From Leucoraja ocellata (taxonomy: Eukaryota): a DNA stretch of 63,692 nt. The stretch spans positions 62,309 to 126,000 of the forward strand of contig JAWMAR010002335.1 of assembly GCA_036785375.1 (NCBI GenBank). The letters are read 5' to 3'. Below are positions 12,818-24,599 of the stretch, piece after piece. Both the position numbers and the translations under genes were made by a program. Below the pieces are notes generated by a model. It made no database searches. It saw only the letters and a list, made by a program, of their open reading frames with translations, and was not told the origin of the DNA. The first letter of the stretch is position 1. Every line of letters begins with the position of its first letter.

Positions 12818-13078
12818 GCAGTCCTGGTCAGTCCTTTGAAGATAGACACCAGTTGCTTGGAGCAACTCAGCGGGACGGGCCGCATCTCTGGAGAGAAGGA
12901 ACGTAAATGCTGCCTGGCCCGCGGAGTTCCTCCATTCATGCCTGTGTGAGAGTGAGGGAGGGAGAGTGTGAAGAAGGCTCTCGACCCGAAACGCCACCCG
13001 TTCCTTCTCTCCAGAGATGCTGCCTGTCCCGCTGAGTTGCTCCAAGCAACTGGTGTCTATCTTCAAAGGACTGACCAG

Positions 13079-13115
<37 letters not shown>

Positions 13116-13213
13116 CCTCCCTCTCACACAGGCGTGACTGGAGGAACTCCGCGGGCCAGACAGCATCTACGGAGAGAAATGGGCAGGCGACCCATTCTTC
13201 AGGCTGCCTTATG

Positions 13214-13244
<31 letters not shown>

Positions 13245-14191
13245 CTCCCACCCACACACGCGAATGCAGGAGAAACTCAGCGGGTGCAGCAGCATCTATG
13301 GAACGAAGGAAATAGACAACGTTTCGGCACCGCTGCACCCGCTGAGTTTCTCCAGCATTCGCGTGTGTGGGTGGGAGTTGGGGTGAGGGGGGGGGGGGGA
13401 GAGACATAAGGCTGCCTGAAGAATGGGTCGTCTGTCCATTTAACTCCGTAGATGCTGCCTGGCCCGCGGAGTTNNNNNNNNNNNNNNNNNNNNNNNNNNN
13501 NNNNNNNNNNNNNNNNNNNNNNNNNNNNNNNNNNNNNNNNNNNNNNNNNNNNNNNNNNNNNNNNNNNNNNNNNNNNNNNNNNNNNNNNNNNNNNNNNNNN
13601 NNNNNNNNNNNNNNNNNNNNNNNNNNNNNNNNNNNNNNNNNNNNNNTCCTTTGAAGATAGACACCAGTTGCTTGGAGCAACTCAGCGGGACAGGCAGCAT
13701 CTCTGGAGAGAAGGAACGGGTGGCGTTTCGGGCTGAAAGTTTCTTCAGACTGAAAGTTTCACCTCTCAGTAGATCATAAAATAACACAATCATCACGGTC
13801 AATGTGAGATACAGTGTTTATTCATATTTGACAAAATAAAAAGACGACTACTTGCACATATTGAGAGAAGGTGCATCACACCAAACAACATTTGTCTAAA
13901 AAAACACAAATTATTCTTCAGCTCATTAAAGAGCTCGGGTGAAAAAAACCAATATAGTGTATGACAACAAAGTAACATCATTTGTGCCACGTGATTAACT
14001 ACACTACAGTCCACGATGTTCATTCGGGAAAGATCGGGAGACGGACAAGTCACCTGCACAAATGACAGAATTGCCGAGTACCGTGGGAACTCTTTACTCT
14101 ACCCCCGTTATATCGTGGTGATATCGTGCTAGACCACGACCACTCCACTCTGGCTACATCTTGCGTCAAGTCGCCCCGTGTAAACTACCCA
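11953..14191. mobile_element. Non-autonomous Harbinger/PIF-like DNA transposon in the J-C intron, filled with rearranged SINE-like pieces
   Basis: Ends ACCCCTTTTCACGGTGCGACTTGACGCAAGA and TCTTGCGTCAAGTCGCCCCGTGTAAACTACCC are inverted copies (core GCGACTTGACGCAAGA exact); flanks taa/tga. The family assignment is inference. Confidence 0.65.
12420..13745. repeat. Direct and inverted copies of a (CT)n / SINE-like unit, including a ~145-bp-arm palindrome (13146-13473)
   Basis: Repeated cacaggcgtga...aactccgcgggccag, aactcagcggg and gatagacaccagttgcttggagc units in both orientations; adjoins an N gap. Confidence 0.8.
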
Positions 14192-14589
14192 TGACTATGT
14201 TTGTTTCATATGCGCTGAGAAGAAACAAACTGAGACCAAGTACCTGCTGTTGATTAGAAAATACAGTTCGATGCATCGCAGATCAAGGACCACAACAATC
14301 TCAAACAATTAGAAAGCATAGTGAAAGCAAATTGATGCAAAATTTTCCACTAATTTGGAACTAAACCGCATCCACTTCATAGTCAAAGGATCGAAAGTCA
14401 TAGCACATAAGGCGTTTAAATCGGCAATCTCACTGCAGCAAAATCACATAACATTCTAAAGCACCATCGATCCAACATTGCAATGAATGGGTAATTAATG
14501 TAGAAGAACAATTTAATATAATTATTGGAAATATAGGTTAAAATTACAACTGGATACATCTAGAGACTGAATAGGATGACGTTTCTTAC

Positions 14590-14636
14590 CGCTGGTTACC
14601 GTCACCATGGTGCCTCCTCCCAGTAGTTAGGAGAGT
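14590..14636 (-). CDS. IGHJ: JH segment with an apparent 1-nt deletion in the W-G-x-G motif
   Basis: ACTCTCCTAACTACTGGGAGGAGGCACCATGGTGACGGTAACCAGCG|gtaag. The 3' frame gives GGGTMVTVTS and the 5' frame gives SPNYW; the two are offset by one base. Confidence 0.93.
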
Positions 14637-14675
14637 CACGGTGTTACATTCTATGGGGTTCTTCACACAATAACA
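14637..14675 (-). other. JH recombination signal sequence (23-RSS)
   Basis: Read on +: heptamer CACGGTG (14637-14643), exactly 23 nt of spacer, nonamer ACAATAACA (14667-14675); abuts the J coding end. Confidence 0.92.
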
Positions 14676-14984
14676 TGATCTGCACAAGGCAGGCAAAAAA
14701 AAGAACAAAAATCCTGTAATTATTCGTATTTCACATCTAAAGCAAATGCCTTATTGCTCTTTGAAAACAATGAATGCATTAACAAAATCATTTCCAACAA
14801 TAATCACATACAAACAGGGCAGTGAAATGTGATAAGAATCATCTACATATAAAATATAAATTAACTCAAGTTACCTCTACAATAAAATGTGCGGAAATAT
14901 TCCGGGACATGTTTATGCTCCTGTTGTATGAAATATTAAATTGAAAATATCATATACTGGCCCAGATCACAGTATTATGGGTTG

Positions 14985-15013
14985 TGATGTTGTTTTAGGT
15001 AGGAAGCGCTGTG
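14985..15013 (-). other. Recombination signal sequence 3' of the V(DD) exon, 12/13-nt spacer class
   Basis: Heptamer CACAGCG (15013-15007), then CTTCCTACCTAA(A), then a degenerate nonamer ACAACATCA (6/9 to ACAAAAACC at a 13-nt spacer). No nonamer at a 22-23 spacing. Confidence 0.7.
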
Positions 15014-15337
15014 TCATCTGCCCCTGTTGATCTGTCGCACAGTAATAGACAGCGGTGTCTTCGATCTTCAGGTTCCTGGCGATCACGGTGAACATATTAT
15101 TCGAATTGTCTTTGGACGGAGTAAATCGGCTCTCGATCCCTGGAGCGAAGTAGTCGGTGCTAGTCGGCGCGCGGTAAGCAAGCAGCCACTCCAGCCCTTG
15201 CCCGGGGACCTGACGGACCAAATATATATAGTAGCTGCTAAGAGTGAACCCGCTGGTTTTACAGGTCAGTGTGATGGAGCCTCCAGGAACCGCGGTCCCT
15301 GTCTTGGGCTGAGTGAGAACGATCTCGGAATGGACAC
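15014..15337 (-). CDS. IGHV: IgM VH exon (L2 + VH) with 17-nt in-frame 3' extension; probable germline-joined V-D-D
   Basis: Acceptor ttgcag|GT. Translation (R)[107 protein letters not shown]. Both Ig cysteines and the GLEW and DTAVYYC motifs are present; no stops. Confidence 0.95.
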
Positions 15338-15512
15338 CTGCAAGTTAAAAAAATACATGAATGGCGAGGATAAAATATTGACCATTAATCCCCCACTCTA
15401 ATTATCAATAGGAAATACATTGGGGAGGGTTCTAGAGTGGGTAGAAGGGGAATGGTGTAGGGGATTATAGCACTGAGAAACTCGTGAGGAATTTGTCCAA
15501 CTCATTACTCAC

Positions 15513-15558
15513 GGACTATTAACGCCAGGAACAGACTGAGTGAAACCGCAGACATCAT
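15513..15558 (-). CDS. IgM heavy-chain leader exon (L1), MMSAVSLSLFLALIV(R)
   Basis: 46-nt exon from ATG (15558) to phase-1 donor C|gtgagt; hydrophobic signal peptide; 175-nt intron to the V exon, the typical split Ig leader. Confidence 0.93.
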
Positions 15559-15650
15559 CCCGCTGGGAAGTTTGACCGGTTGTTTCTGTACAGAACCTCG
15601 CAACAAACCCACTGCAAGGAAGTTGGACTTCGGCCCCCTCTTAGAGAGAA

Positions 15651-15657
15651 TTAAATA
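15651..15657 (-). promoter_or_regulatory. Putative TATA-like box of the VH promoter (TATTTAA)
   Basis: About 95 nt upstream of the leader ATG in a GC-rich stretch; I saw no octamer in the proximal promoter. Confidence 0.5.
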
Positions 15658-16855
15658 CCCGGCAAAAGTGGGCGCGGCTGTGGGTGGACCAGTAAACCGA
15701 GTGGTGCAGCGGCGGAGCTGAGACACGGCTCCAAACTCAACAGCAAGATGGACTCACGATATCACATCTATTAACTGATACACATGCACACGAGGTTAAT
15801 AAAACAGCGTGCTATTCCGCCCCTTACACAATATAAACTCACGGTATAGTTGTAAATAAGATGGTTGAAAGATTGGTCTCATAGTGCAGTTTTTCGTAAA
15901 ATATGTTCGGAATTCCTCAAATTTAAATTTAAATGCTTCGTGGTGTGCGTGTGCTTGCGTGCGTGAGAGGAGAGAGTGGAGAGAGGAGAAAAANNNNNNN
16001 NNNNNNNNNNNNNNNNNNNNNNNNNNNNNNNNNNNNNNNNNNNNNNNNNNNNNNNNNNNNNNNNNNNNNNNNNNNNNNNNNNNNNNNNNNNNNNNNNNNN
16101 NNNNNNNNNNNNNNNNNNNNNNNNNNNNNNNNNNNNNNNNNNNNNNNNNNNNNNNNNNNNNNNNNNNNNNNNNNNNNNNNNNNNNNNNNNNNNNNNNNNN
16201 NNNNNNNNNNNNNNNNNNNNNNNNNNNNNNNNNNNNNNNNNNNNNNNNNNNNNNNNNNNNNNNNNNNNNNNNNNNNNNNNNNNNNNNNNNNNNNNNNNNN
16301 NNNNNNNNNNNNNNNNNNNNNNNNNNNAGCTAGACATAAATGCTGGAGAAACTCAGTGGGACAGGCAGCATCTCTGGAGACAAGGAATGTGTGACGTTTT
16401 GGGTCGAGAGCCTTCCCCAGACCTCCAGAGACACTGCCTGTCCGCTGAGTTACTCCAGCATTTTGTGTCGAGCTTCATTTAAAGCAGCATCTGCAGTTCA
16501 TTCCTACACATTCGTTGTTATCAATATGAGCCGTTCGAACAATATTGGGACTGTCCATTCCAATATCAAGATACATTTATTTGTCACATGTCCCAGTTGC
16601 TACAGTGAAATGTGTGGTCACCGTACAGCCATACAGATAAAATGTCAATATCGAGATTGGTTACAAAAAAGGCAGTAGAGGAAATTGATAATAAAGCAAA
16701 CACAAAATTCTATTAAAATGTCATGAAGAGATCGGAAGGAAATTAATGGATGGCATAGTGCAGGAGGGGAATTGTAGATCTGTGGAGCGATTGGAGAAAT
16801 GATCGGCATTAGGGATGATTTATGTGGTGTTGATTTTCAGATGCTGCTTCCAATG

Positions 16856-17446
16856 AACATAGAAACATAGAAACAGAAATAGGTGCAGGAGTAGGCCATT
16901 CGGCCCTTCGAGCCTGCACCGCCATTCAATATGATCATGGCTGATCATCCCAATTCAGTATCCTGTACCTGCCTTCTCTCCATACCCCCTGATCCCTTTA
17001 GCCACAAGGGCCACATCGAACTCCCTCGTAAATATAGCCAATGAACTGGCCTCAACTACCTTCTGTGGCAGAGAGTTCCACAGATTCACCACTCTCTGTG
17101 TGAAAAATGTTTTTCTCATCTCAGTCCTAAAGGATTTCCCCTTTATCCTTAAACTGTGACCCCCTTGTCCTGGACTTCCCCCAACATCGGGAACAATCTT
17201 CCTGCATCTAGCCTGTCCAACCCCTTAAGAATTTTGTAAGTTTCTATAAGATCCCCCCACAATCCTCTAAATTCTAGCGAGTACAAGCCGAGTCTATCCA
17301 GTCTTTCTTCATATCGAAGTCCTGACATCCCAGGAATCAGTCTGGTGTAACTTCTCTGTACTCCCTCTATGGCAAGAATGTCTTTCCTCAGATTTGGAGA
17401 CCAAAACTGTACACAATACTCCAGGTGTGGTCTCACCAAGACCCTG
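16856..17446 (-). mobile_element. CR1/HER1 LINE 3' fragment, 1.3 kb upstream of the IgM leader
   Basis: [22 protein letters not shown]...; (catagaaa)n tail. Confidence 0.9.
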
Positions 17447-17574
17447 TTGAATGAAGGCACATTCTAACCAATCAATCATTGAGCATATTTGTTGGATAGT
17501 GTTTCAATGATTCAGACTGCACTGGTAGGGCGGATGGTGTAGAAAACTCTAATAGAGATATCTGAAGGGATATC

Positions 17575-19020
17575 ACTGTACTCACTCTATACTCATGACT
17601 GCGTAGCCGGTCACAGTGCCAACTCCATGATCAAATTCGCTGACGCCACAACTGTTGTGGGACGTATCACTGATGGGGATGAGTCAGAGTATAGAAGAGA
17701 GATCGAGCAACTGCCCATATGGTGCCAGCACAATAACCTGGCCCTCAACACCAGCAAAACCAAGGAACTGAGTGTGGACTTTGGCAGGAGTAGGAGGGGG
17801 ACCCACAGCCCCATTTATATCAACGTGTCGATGGTTGAAAGGATCAAGAGCTTCATATTCCTGGGCGTGCACATCTCTGAAGATCTTTCCTGGTCCGAGA
17901 ACACTGATGCAATTATCAAGAAAGCACATCAGCACCTCTACTACTTGCTGAGAAGATTACGGAGAGTCGGTTTGTCAAGGAGGACTCTCTCTAACTTTTA
18001 CAGGTGCACAGTAGAGAGCATGCTGACCGGTTGCATCGTGGCTTGGTTCGGCAACTTGAGCGCCCTGGAGAGGAAAATACTACAAAAAGTAGTAAACACT
18101 GCCCAGTCCATCATCAACACTGACTCCCCTTCCATCGAGGGGATTTATCGCAGTTGCTGCCTCAAAGAGGCTGGCAGGATCATCAAGGACCCACACCATC
18201 CTGGCCACACACTCATCTCCCTGCTACCTTCAGGTAGAAGGTACAGGAGCCTGAAGACGGATCATCAATCAGGCAAGCAAAATAACTGGCAAAACTCAAA
18301 ATCAATGATCAGTACTCCACACCCAGGCAGTTAAAAGGAAAGCCAATCTCATTGCACAGGATCCCACCCACCCTCTGCACAAGTCTTTACAACTTCTGCC
18401 ATCACCCGCCGATATAAAGTCCCCCTATCCAAGAAAAACATCCACAAAAACTCATTCAGACCCATTGCCATAAACAGCTTAAATAAAAAATGAACAATGG
18501 ACAAATTAACCCTGACGCATTGTCACTTTACACGTATCCACAACTTTTATCTTGTCTATTTTTACAGTTTTTAATCTTTATATTTGCTTTTAAGATCGAT
18601 ACACACTGTGTGTGCTCGCAGAAATCTATGTTGTATGACTGCTTATCAGTACATTGTCCTGTCTGTATGTTGAGCCACGTCAAAGAAGATTTTCTGTTAC
18701 GACAGACAATAAAGTTTTCTGAATCTGAATCTGACTTTGAATCTGAACAACCAGGTTCAGGAATAGCTACTTCCCCACAGCCATCAGGCTATTAAACCTG
18801 GCTCAGCCAAAACTCTGAACATTAATAGCACATTATTTGTTATTTGCACTTCATCAGTTTATTTATTCATGTGTGTATATATTTATATTACGGTATATGG
18901 ACACACTGATCTGTTCTGTATTCATGCCTACTATGTTCTGTTGTGCTGAAGCAAAGCAAGAATTTCATTGTCCTATCAGTGACACATGACAATAAACTCT
19001 CTTGAATCTGGAATCTTGAG
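17575..19020 (+). mobile_element. Rex1/Babar-like LINE fragment (RT C-terminus) with a nested LINE tail at ~18265-18745
   Basis: IKFADATTVVGRITDGDESEYRREI...LPSGRRYRSLKT; sequence resumes at accaggttcaggaatagctacttcccc (~18750). Confidence 0.85.
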
Positions 19021-19145
19021 TTATCTGAGGAGATAGATAGAAACAGTAGTTACCCGATTTGTGAGGAAAACACGAGGAGTATTGAAAATTTTAATGTGCA
19101 TACGGGCAATTATAGTTTCCTGCACTCCAACATAGCATTCTTCTT

Positions 19146-20200
19146 AACTTAAAGCACACGGTATTGGGGGATCAGTATTGATGTGAATAGAGAACTGGCT
19201 GGCAGACAGGAAGCAAAGAGTAGGAGTAAACGGGTCCTTTTCACAATGGTAGGCAGTGACTAGTGGGGTACCGCAAGGCTCAGTGCTGGGACCCCAGCTA
19301 TTTACAATATATATAAATGATTTGGATGAGGGAATTGAAGGCAACATCTCCAAGTTTGCGGATGACACGAAGCTGGGGCAGCGTGAGCCCCGCAGCTTCC
19401 ACAGTTTAAGGATAAGGGGAAATTATTATTTAAATGGTGGCCGATTGGGAAAGGGGGAGATGCAACGAGACCTGGGTGTCATGGTACACCAGTCATTGAA
19501 GGTAGGCATGCAGGTGCAGCAGGCAGTGAAGAAAGCGAATGGCATGTTAGCATTCATAGCAAAAGGATTTGAGTATAGGAGCATGGATGTTCTACTCCAG
19601 TTGTACAGAGTCTTGGTGAGACCACACCTGGAGTATTGTGTTCAGTTTTTGTCTCCTAATCTGAGGAAAGACATTCTTGCCACAGAGGGAGTACAGAGAA
19701 GGTTCATCAGACAGATTCCTGGGATGTCAGGACTTTCATATGAAGAAAGACTGGATAGACTCGGCTTGTACTCGCTAGAATTTAGAAGATTGAAGAGGGA
19801 TCTTATAGAAATTTACAAAATTCTTAAGGGGTTGGACAGGCTAGATGCAGGAAGATTGTTCCCGATGTTGGGGAAGTCCAGGACATGGGGTCACAGTTTA
19901 AGGATAAAGGGGAAATCCTTTAGAACAGAGATGAGAAAAACATTTTTCACACAGAGAGTGATGAATCTCTGGAACTCTCTGCCACAGAAGGTAGTTGAGG
20001 CCAGTTCATTGGCTATATTTGAGAGGGAGTTAGATGTGGCCCTTGTGGCTAAAGGGATCATGGGCTATGGAGAGAAGGCAGGTACAGGATACTGAGTTGG
20101 ATGATCAGCCATGATCATATTGAATGGCGGTGCAGGCTCGAAGGGCCGAATGGCCTACACTTGCACCTATGTTCTATGTTTCTATGTTTCTATGTTTCTA
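19146..20200 (+). mobile_element. CR1/HER1 LINE 3' fragment with an internal deletion
   Basis: [21 protein letters not shown]...KFADDTK...GYGEKAGTGY; (ctatgttt)n tail. Confidence 0.92.
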
Positions 20201-21364
20201 TGACTTGAATTTTAAGTTATCATTGTATTTTCTATGCATCTGTGAATTTGTCACGTATGGCATTCAAATGTATGCATTGATCCCAGCCATTGTTGGTAAA
20301 TAAAGGGATATGATACATGTTCTCTGTTAACCTAGGTTTGTAGAAAATATTATTGACTAACATCATCCATATGCACTTTAACTTTATTTTTACAGGAGAG
20401 AACATTGACAATTTAAAATAAATGTTTCTGATGTCATCTGTTCAGAGATTTGCATTTATTTCGCACTTTATCTGTTTCTCGCCTCTGGGGAAACATTGAT
20501 TCTGTTTCTGTCCTTCAGTAAACGAACCTGGGTTGGGGCTGTTGAAATCAGCATTTATTTAAATCAGCTCATCTCTGTTTCCAGCCATTTTTAGACCAAC
20601 ACAAACAAGGCAATGAAGGTATCATTCTCGATGGCAATTATATGTTTTAATGAAGGTACACACAATCGTTGGAGAAACTCAGCGGGTGCAGCAGCATCTA
20701 TGGAGCGAAGAAAATAGGCGACGTTTTGGGCCGAAACCCTTAATGATATTGGCAGTTGGCGCAAATCAACTGAATTCTCACAGATAGTCTATTTTATCAT
20801 ATCTTGTTCAAATAAAATTATGTGATTTTATATTACGGATTCACTCCAGAATATTATTTTGCTGTTCACTTGAATCTCCACTTGAAGAAATATCTAAGCA
20901 CGCGAGGTCAATGGAGGAATCGAGTTCTTTCCACACCTCCACTGTAGNNNNNNNNNNNNNNNNNNNNNNNNNNNNNNNNNNNNNNNNNNNNNNNNNNNNN
21001 NNNNNNNNNNNNNNNNNNNNNNNNNNNNNNNNNNNNNNNNNNNNNNNNNNNNNNNNNNNNNNNNNNNNNNNNNNNNNNNNNNNNNNNNNNNNNNNNNNNN
21101 NNNNNNNNNNNNNNNNNNNNNNNNNNNNNNNNNNNNNNNNNNNNNNNNNNNNNNNNNNNNNNNNNNNNNNNNNNNNNNNNNNNNNNNNNNNNNNNNNNNN
21201 NNNNNNNNNNNNNNNNNNNNNNNNNNNNNNNNNNNNNNNNNNNNNNNNNNNNNNNNNNNNNNNNNNNNNNNNNNNATGTACTTCCAGGCCCAAGTAAGAA
21301 TGTAATTGTACCGCTTTCAGCACATGAAAATTATACATTCTTGATACTTGACGCGTCATGTGTT

Positions 21365-24300
21365 AGAAACATAGAGGAAACATAGAAACATGGAAAAATA
21401 TGTGCAGGAGTAGGCCATTCGGCCTTCTGAACAGGAACCACCATTCAACATAATCATGGCTGATCATCTAAATTCAGTACCCCGTTCGTGCTTTTTCCCC
21501 ATATCCCTTGTTTCCATTTGTCCTAAGAGCTAAATCTAACTCTCTCTTGAAAAGATCCAGAGAATTGGCTCTGCTGCCTTCTGTGGCAGGTAATTCTGCA
21601 GATTCACAAGTCCCTGGGTGAATTTTTTTATCCTCATCTCAGTCCTACATGGCCTATCCCTTATTCCTACACCGTGACCTCTGGTTCTGGACTAACATAC
21701 CATTTGCTTTCTTTACTGCCTGCTGCACCTGCATGCCTACCTTCAATGACTGGTGTACCATGACACCCAGGTCTCGCTGCATCTCCCCCTTCCCCAATCG
21801 GCCACCATTTAGATAATAGTCTGCTTTCCCGTTTTTGCCACCAAAATGGATAACCTCACATTTATCCACATTATACTGCATCTGCCAAATATTTGCCCAC
21901 TCACCCAGCCTATCCAAGTCACCTTGCAGTCTCCTAGCATCCTCCTCACAGCTAACACTACCCCCCTGCTTAGTGTCATCCGCAAACTTGGAGATATTGC
22001 CTTCAATTCCCTCATCCAGATCATTAATATATATTGTAAATAGCTGGGGTCCCAGCACTGAGCCTTGCGGTACCCCACTAGTCACTGCCTGCCATTGTGA
22101 AAAGGACCCATTTACTCCTACTCTTTGCTTCCTGTTTGCCAGCCAGTTCTCTATCCACATCAATACTGAACCCCCAATGCCTTGTGCTTTAAGTTTGTAT
22201 ACTAATCTCTTATGTTGGACCTTGTCGAAAGCCTTCTGGAAGTCCAGATACACCACATCCACTGGTTCTCCCCTATCCACGCAACTAGTCACATCCTCGA
22301 ATAATTCTATAAGATTCGTCAGACATGATTTACCTTTCGTAAATCCATGCTGACTTTGTCCAATGATTTCACCACTTTCCAAATGTGCTGCTATCCCATC
22401 TTTAATAACTGACTCTAGCAGTTTCCCCACTACCGATGTTAGACTAACTGGTCTGTAATTCCCCATTTTCTCTCTCCCTCCCTTCTTAAAAAGTGGGGTT
22501 ACGTTTGCTACGCGCCAATCTTCAGGAACTACTCCAGAATCTAAAGAGTTTTGAAAGATTATTATTAATGCATCCACTATTTCTGGACCTACTTCCTTAA
22601 GTACTCTGGGATGCAGCCTATCTGGCCCTGGGGATTTATCGGCCTCTAATCCATTCAATTTACCCAACACCACTTCCCGGCTAACCTGGATTTCACTCAA
22701 TTCCTATAACTCATTTGACCCGCGGTCCCCTGCTATTTCCGGCAAATTATTTATGTCTTCCTTACTGAAGACGGAACCAAAGTAGTTATTCAATTGGTCC
22801 GCCATATCCTTGTTCCCCATGATCAACTCACCTGTTTCTGACTGCAAGCGACCTACATTTGTTTTAACTAATCTCTTTCTTTTCACATATCAATAAAAAC
22901 ATTTGCAGTCAGTTTTTATGTTCCCTGCCAGTTTTCTTTCATAATCTATTTTCCCTTTCCTAATTAAGCCCCTTGTCCTCCTCTGCTGGTCTTTGAATTT
23001 CCCCCAGTCCTCCGGTATGCTGCTTTTTCTGGCTAATTTGTACGCATCATCCTTCGCTTTGATACTATCCCTGATTTCCCTTGTTATCCATGGATGGACT
23101 ATCTTCCCTGATTTATTCTTTTGCCAAACTGGTATGAACAATTTTTGTAGTTCATCCATGCAGCCTTTAAATGTCTTCCATTGCATATCCACCGTCAACC
23201 CTTTTAGAATTAATTGCGTCAATCTTGGCCAATTGGCCAAATCTGACACCATTCAGATAATAAACTGCCTTCCTGTTCGTGCCACCAAAATGGGTAACCT
23301 CACATGTATCCACATTATACTGCATGCATCTGTCTTATTTTAAGTCACCTTGCAGCCTTATAGCATCCTCATCGCAGCTCCCACTGCCACCCAGCTTTGC
23401 GTCATCCGTAAATTTAACTTGGAAATGCCACATTTAATTCCCTCGTCTAAATTGTTAATAAATATTGTAAATAACTGGGGTCCCAGCCCCGAGCCTTGCC
23501 GCACATCATTTGTCACTGCCTGGCATTCTGAAAAGGACCAGTTATGCCTACTCTTTGCTTCCTGTCTGCCAACCAGTTCTCTATCCATGTCAATACCCTT
23601 CCCCCATTACAATGTGATCTAATTATGCACAATAATCTCTTGTGTGGGACCTTGTCAAAGGTTTTTTGAAAGTCCAGATACACCACATCTACTGGCTCTC
23701 CCTTATCCATTCTACTTGTTGCTTCCTCAAAAAATTCCAGAAGATTAGTCAAGCATGATTTCCCTTCATAAAGCCATGCAGACTTTGACCAATCCTGTCA
23801 CTGTTTTCCAAATACGCTGCTATGACATCTTTAATAATCGACTCCAGCATCTTCCCCACGACCGATGTAAGGCTAACTGGTCTATAATTCCCCGTTTTCT
23901 CTCTCCCTCCTTTCTTAAAAGGTGGAGTTACAACGGCTGCACTTCAGTCTACAGGAACGGATCCAGTCGGGAGAATATTGGAAAATGATCACCAATGCAT
24001 TCATGATTTCTAGAGCCACTTGCTTGAGTACTCTGGGATGCAGGTCAACAGGCCCTGGGGATTTATTTGTCTTCAGCCCCAACAGCTTGCATAACACCAT
24101 TTCCTGACTAACGTGGGTTCCCTTCAGTTCCTCCCTCCCACTAAATCCTCGGCCCCCTCGTATTTCTGGGAGATTGTTTGTGTCTTTCTTAGTAAATACT
24201 GAACCAAATTACTCGTTTAACTGATCTGCCATTTCCTTGCTTTCCATTAGAAATTCACCTGTCTCTGATTGTAAGTGACCTAAGTTTTCTTCACTGATCT

Positions 24301-24560
24301 TTTCCTTTTTACATATCTAAAGAAGCTATTGCAGTCAGTTTTTATATTCCCCGCAAGCGTTCTTTCATGTTCTCTTTTCCCGCTCTTAATTAACCTTTTT
24401 TTCCTCCCCTGTTGAGTCCTAAATTTCTCCCAGTCTTCTGGCCAATTTATATAACCTCTTCCCTGGATTTAACACTATCCTTGATTTCCCTCGTTAGTCA
24501 CGTTGAGCCGCCTTCCCCATATTGTTTCTTTCTCCAGCCGGGGATGAACACATTTTGGAG
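21365..24560 (-). mobile_element. Nested CR1 LINE ORF2 fragments
   Basis: 348-aa RT ORF at 21654-22700 plus upstream ORF2 pieces, and an older copy at ~23250-24560. Confidence 0.9.
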
Positions 24561-24599
24561 TTCAGCCACCATTCAATGATCATCAATGATAGGCTATTT

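Noticed and set aside
14968-14974. Heptamer-like TACTGTG (minus strand) as the 5' RSS of a free D segment
   Set aside because: No nonamer at 12 or 23 nt and no matching 3' RSS nearby.
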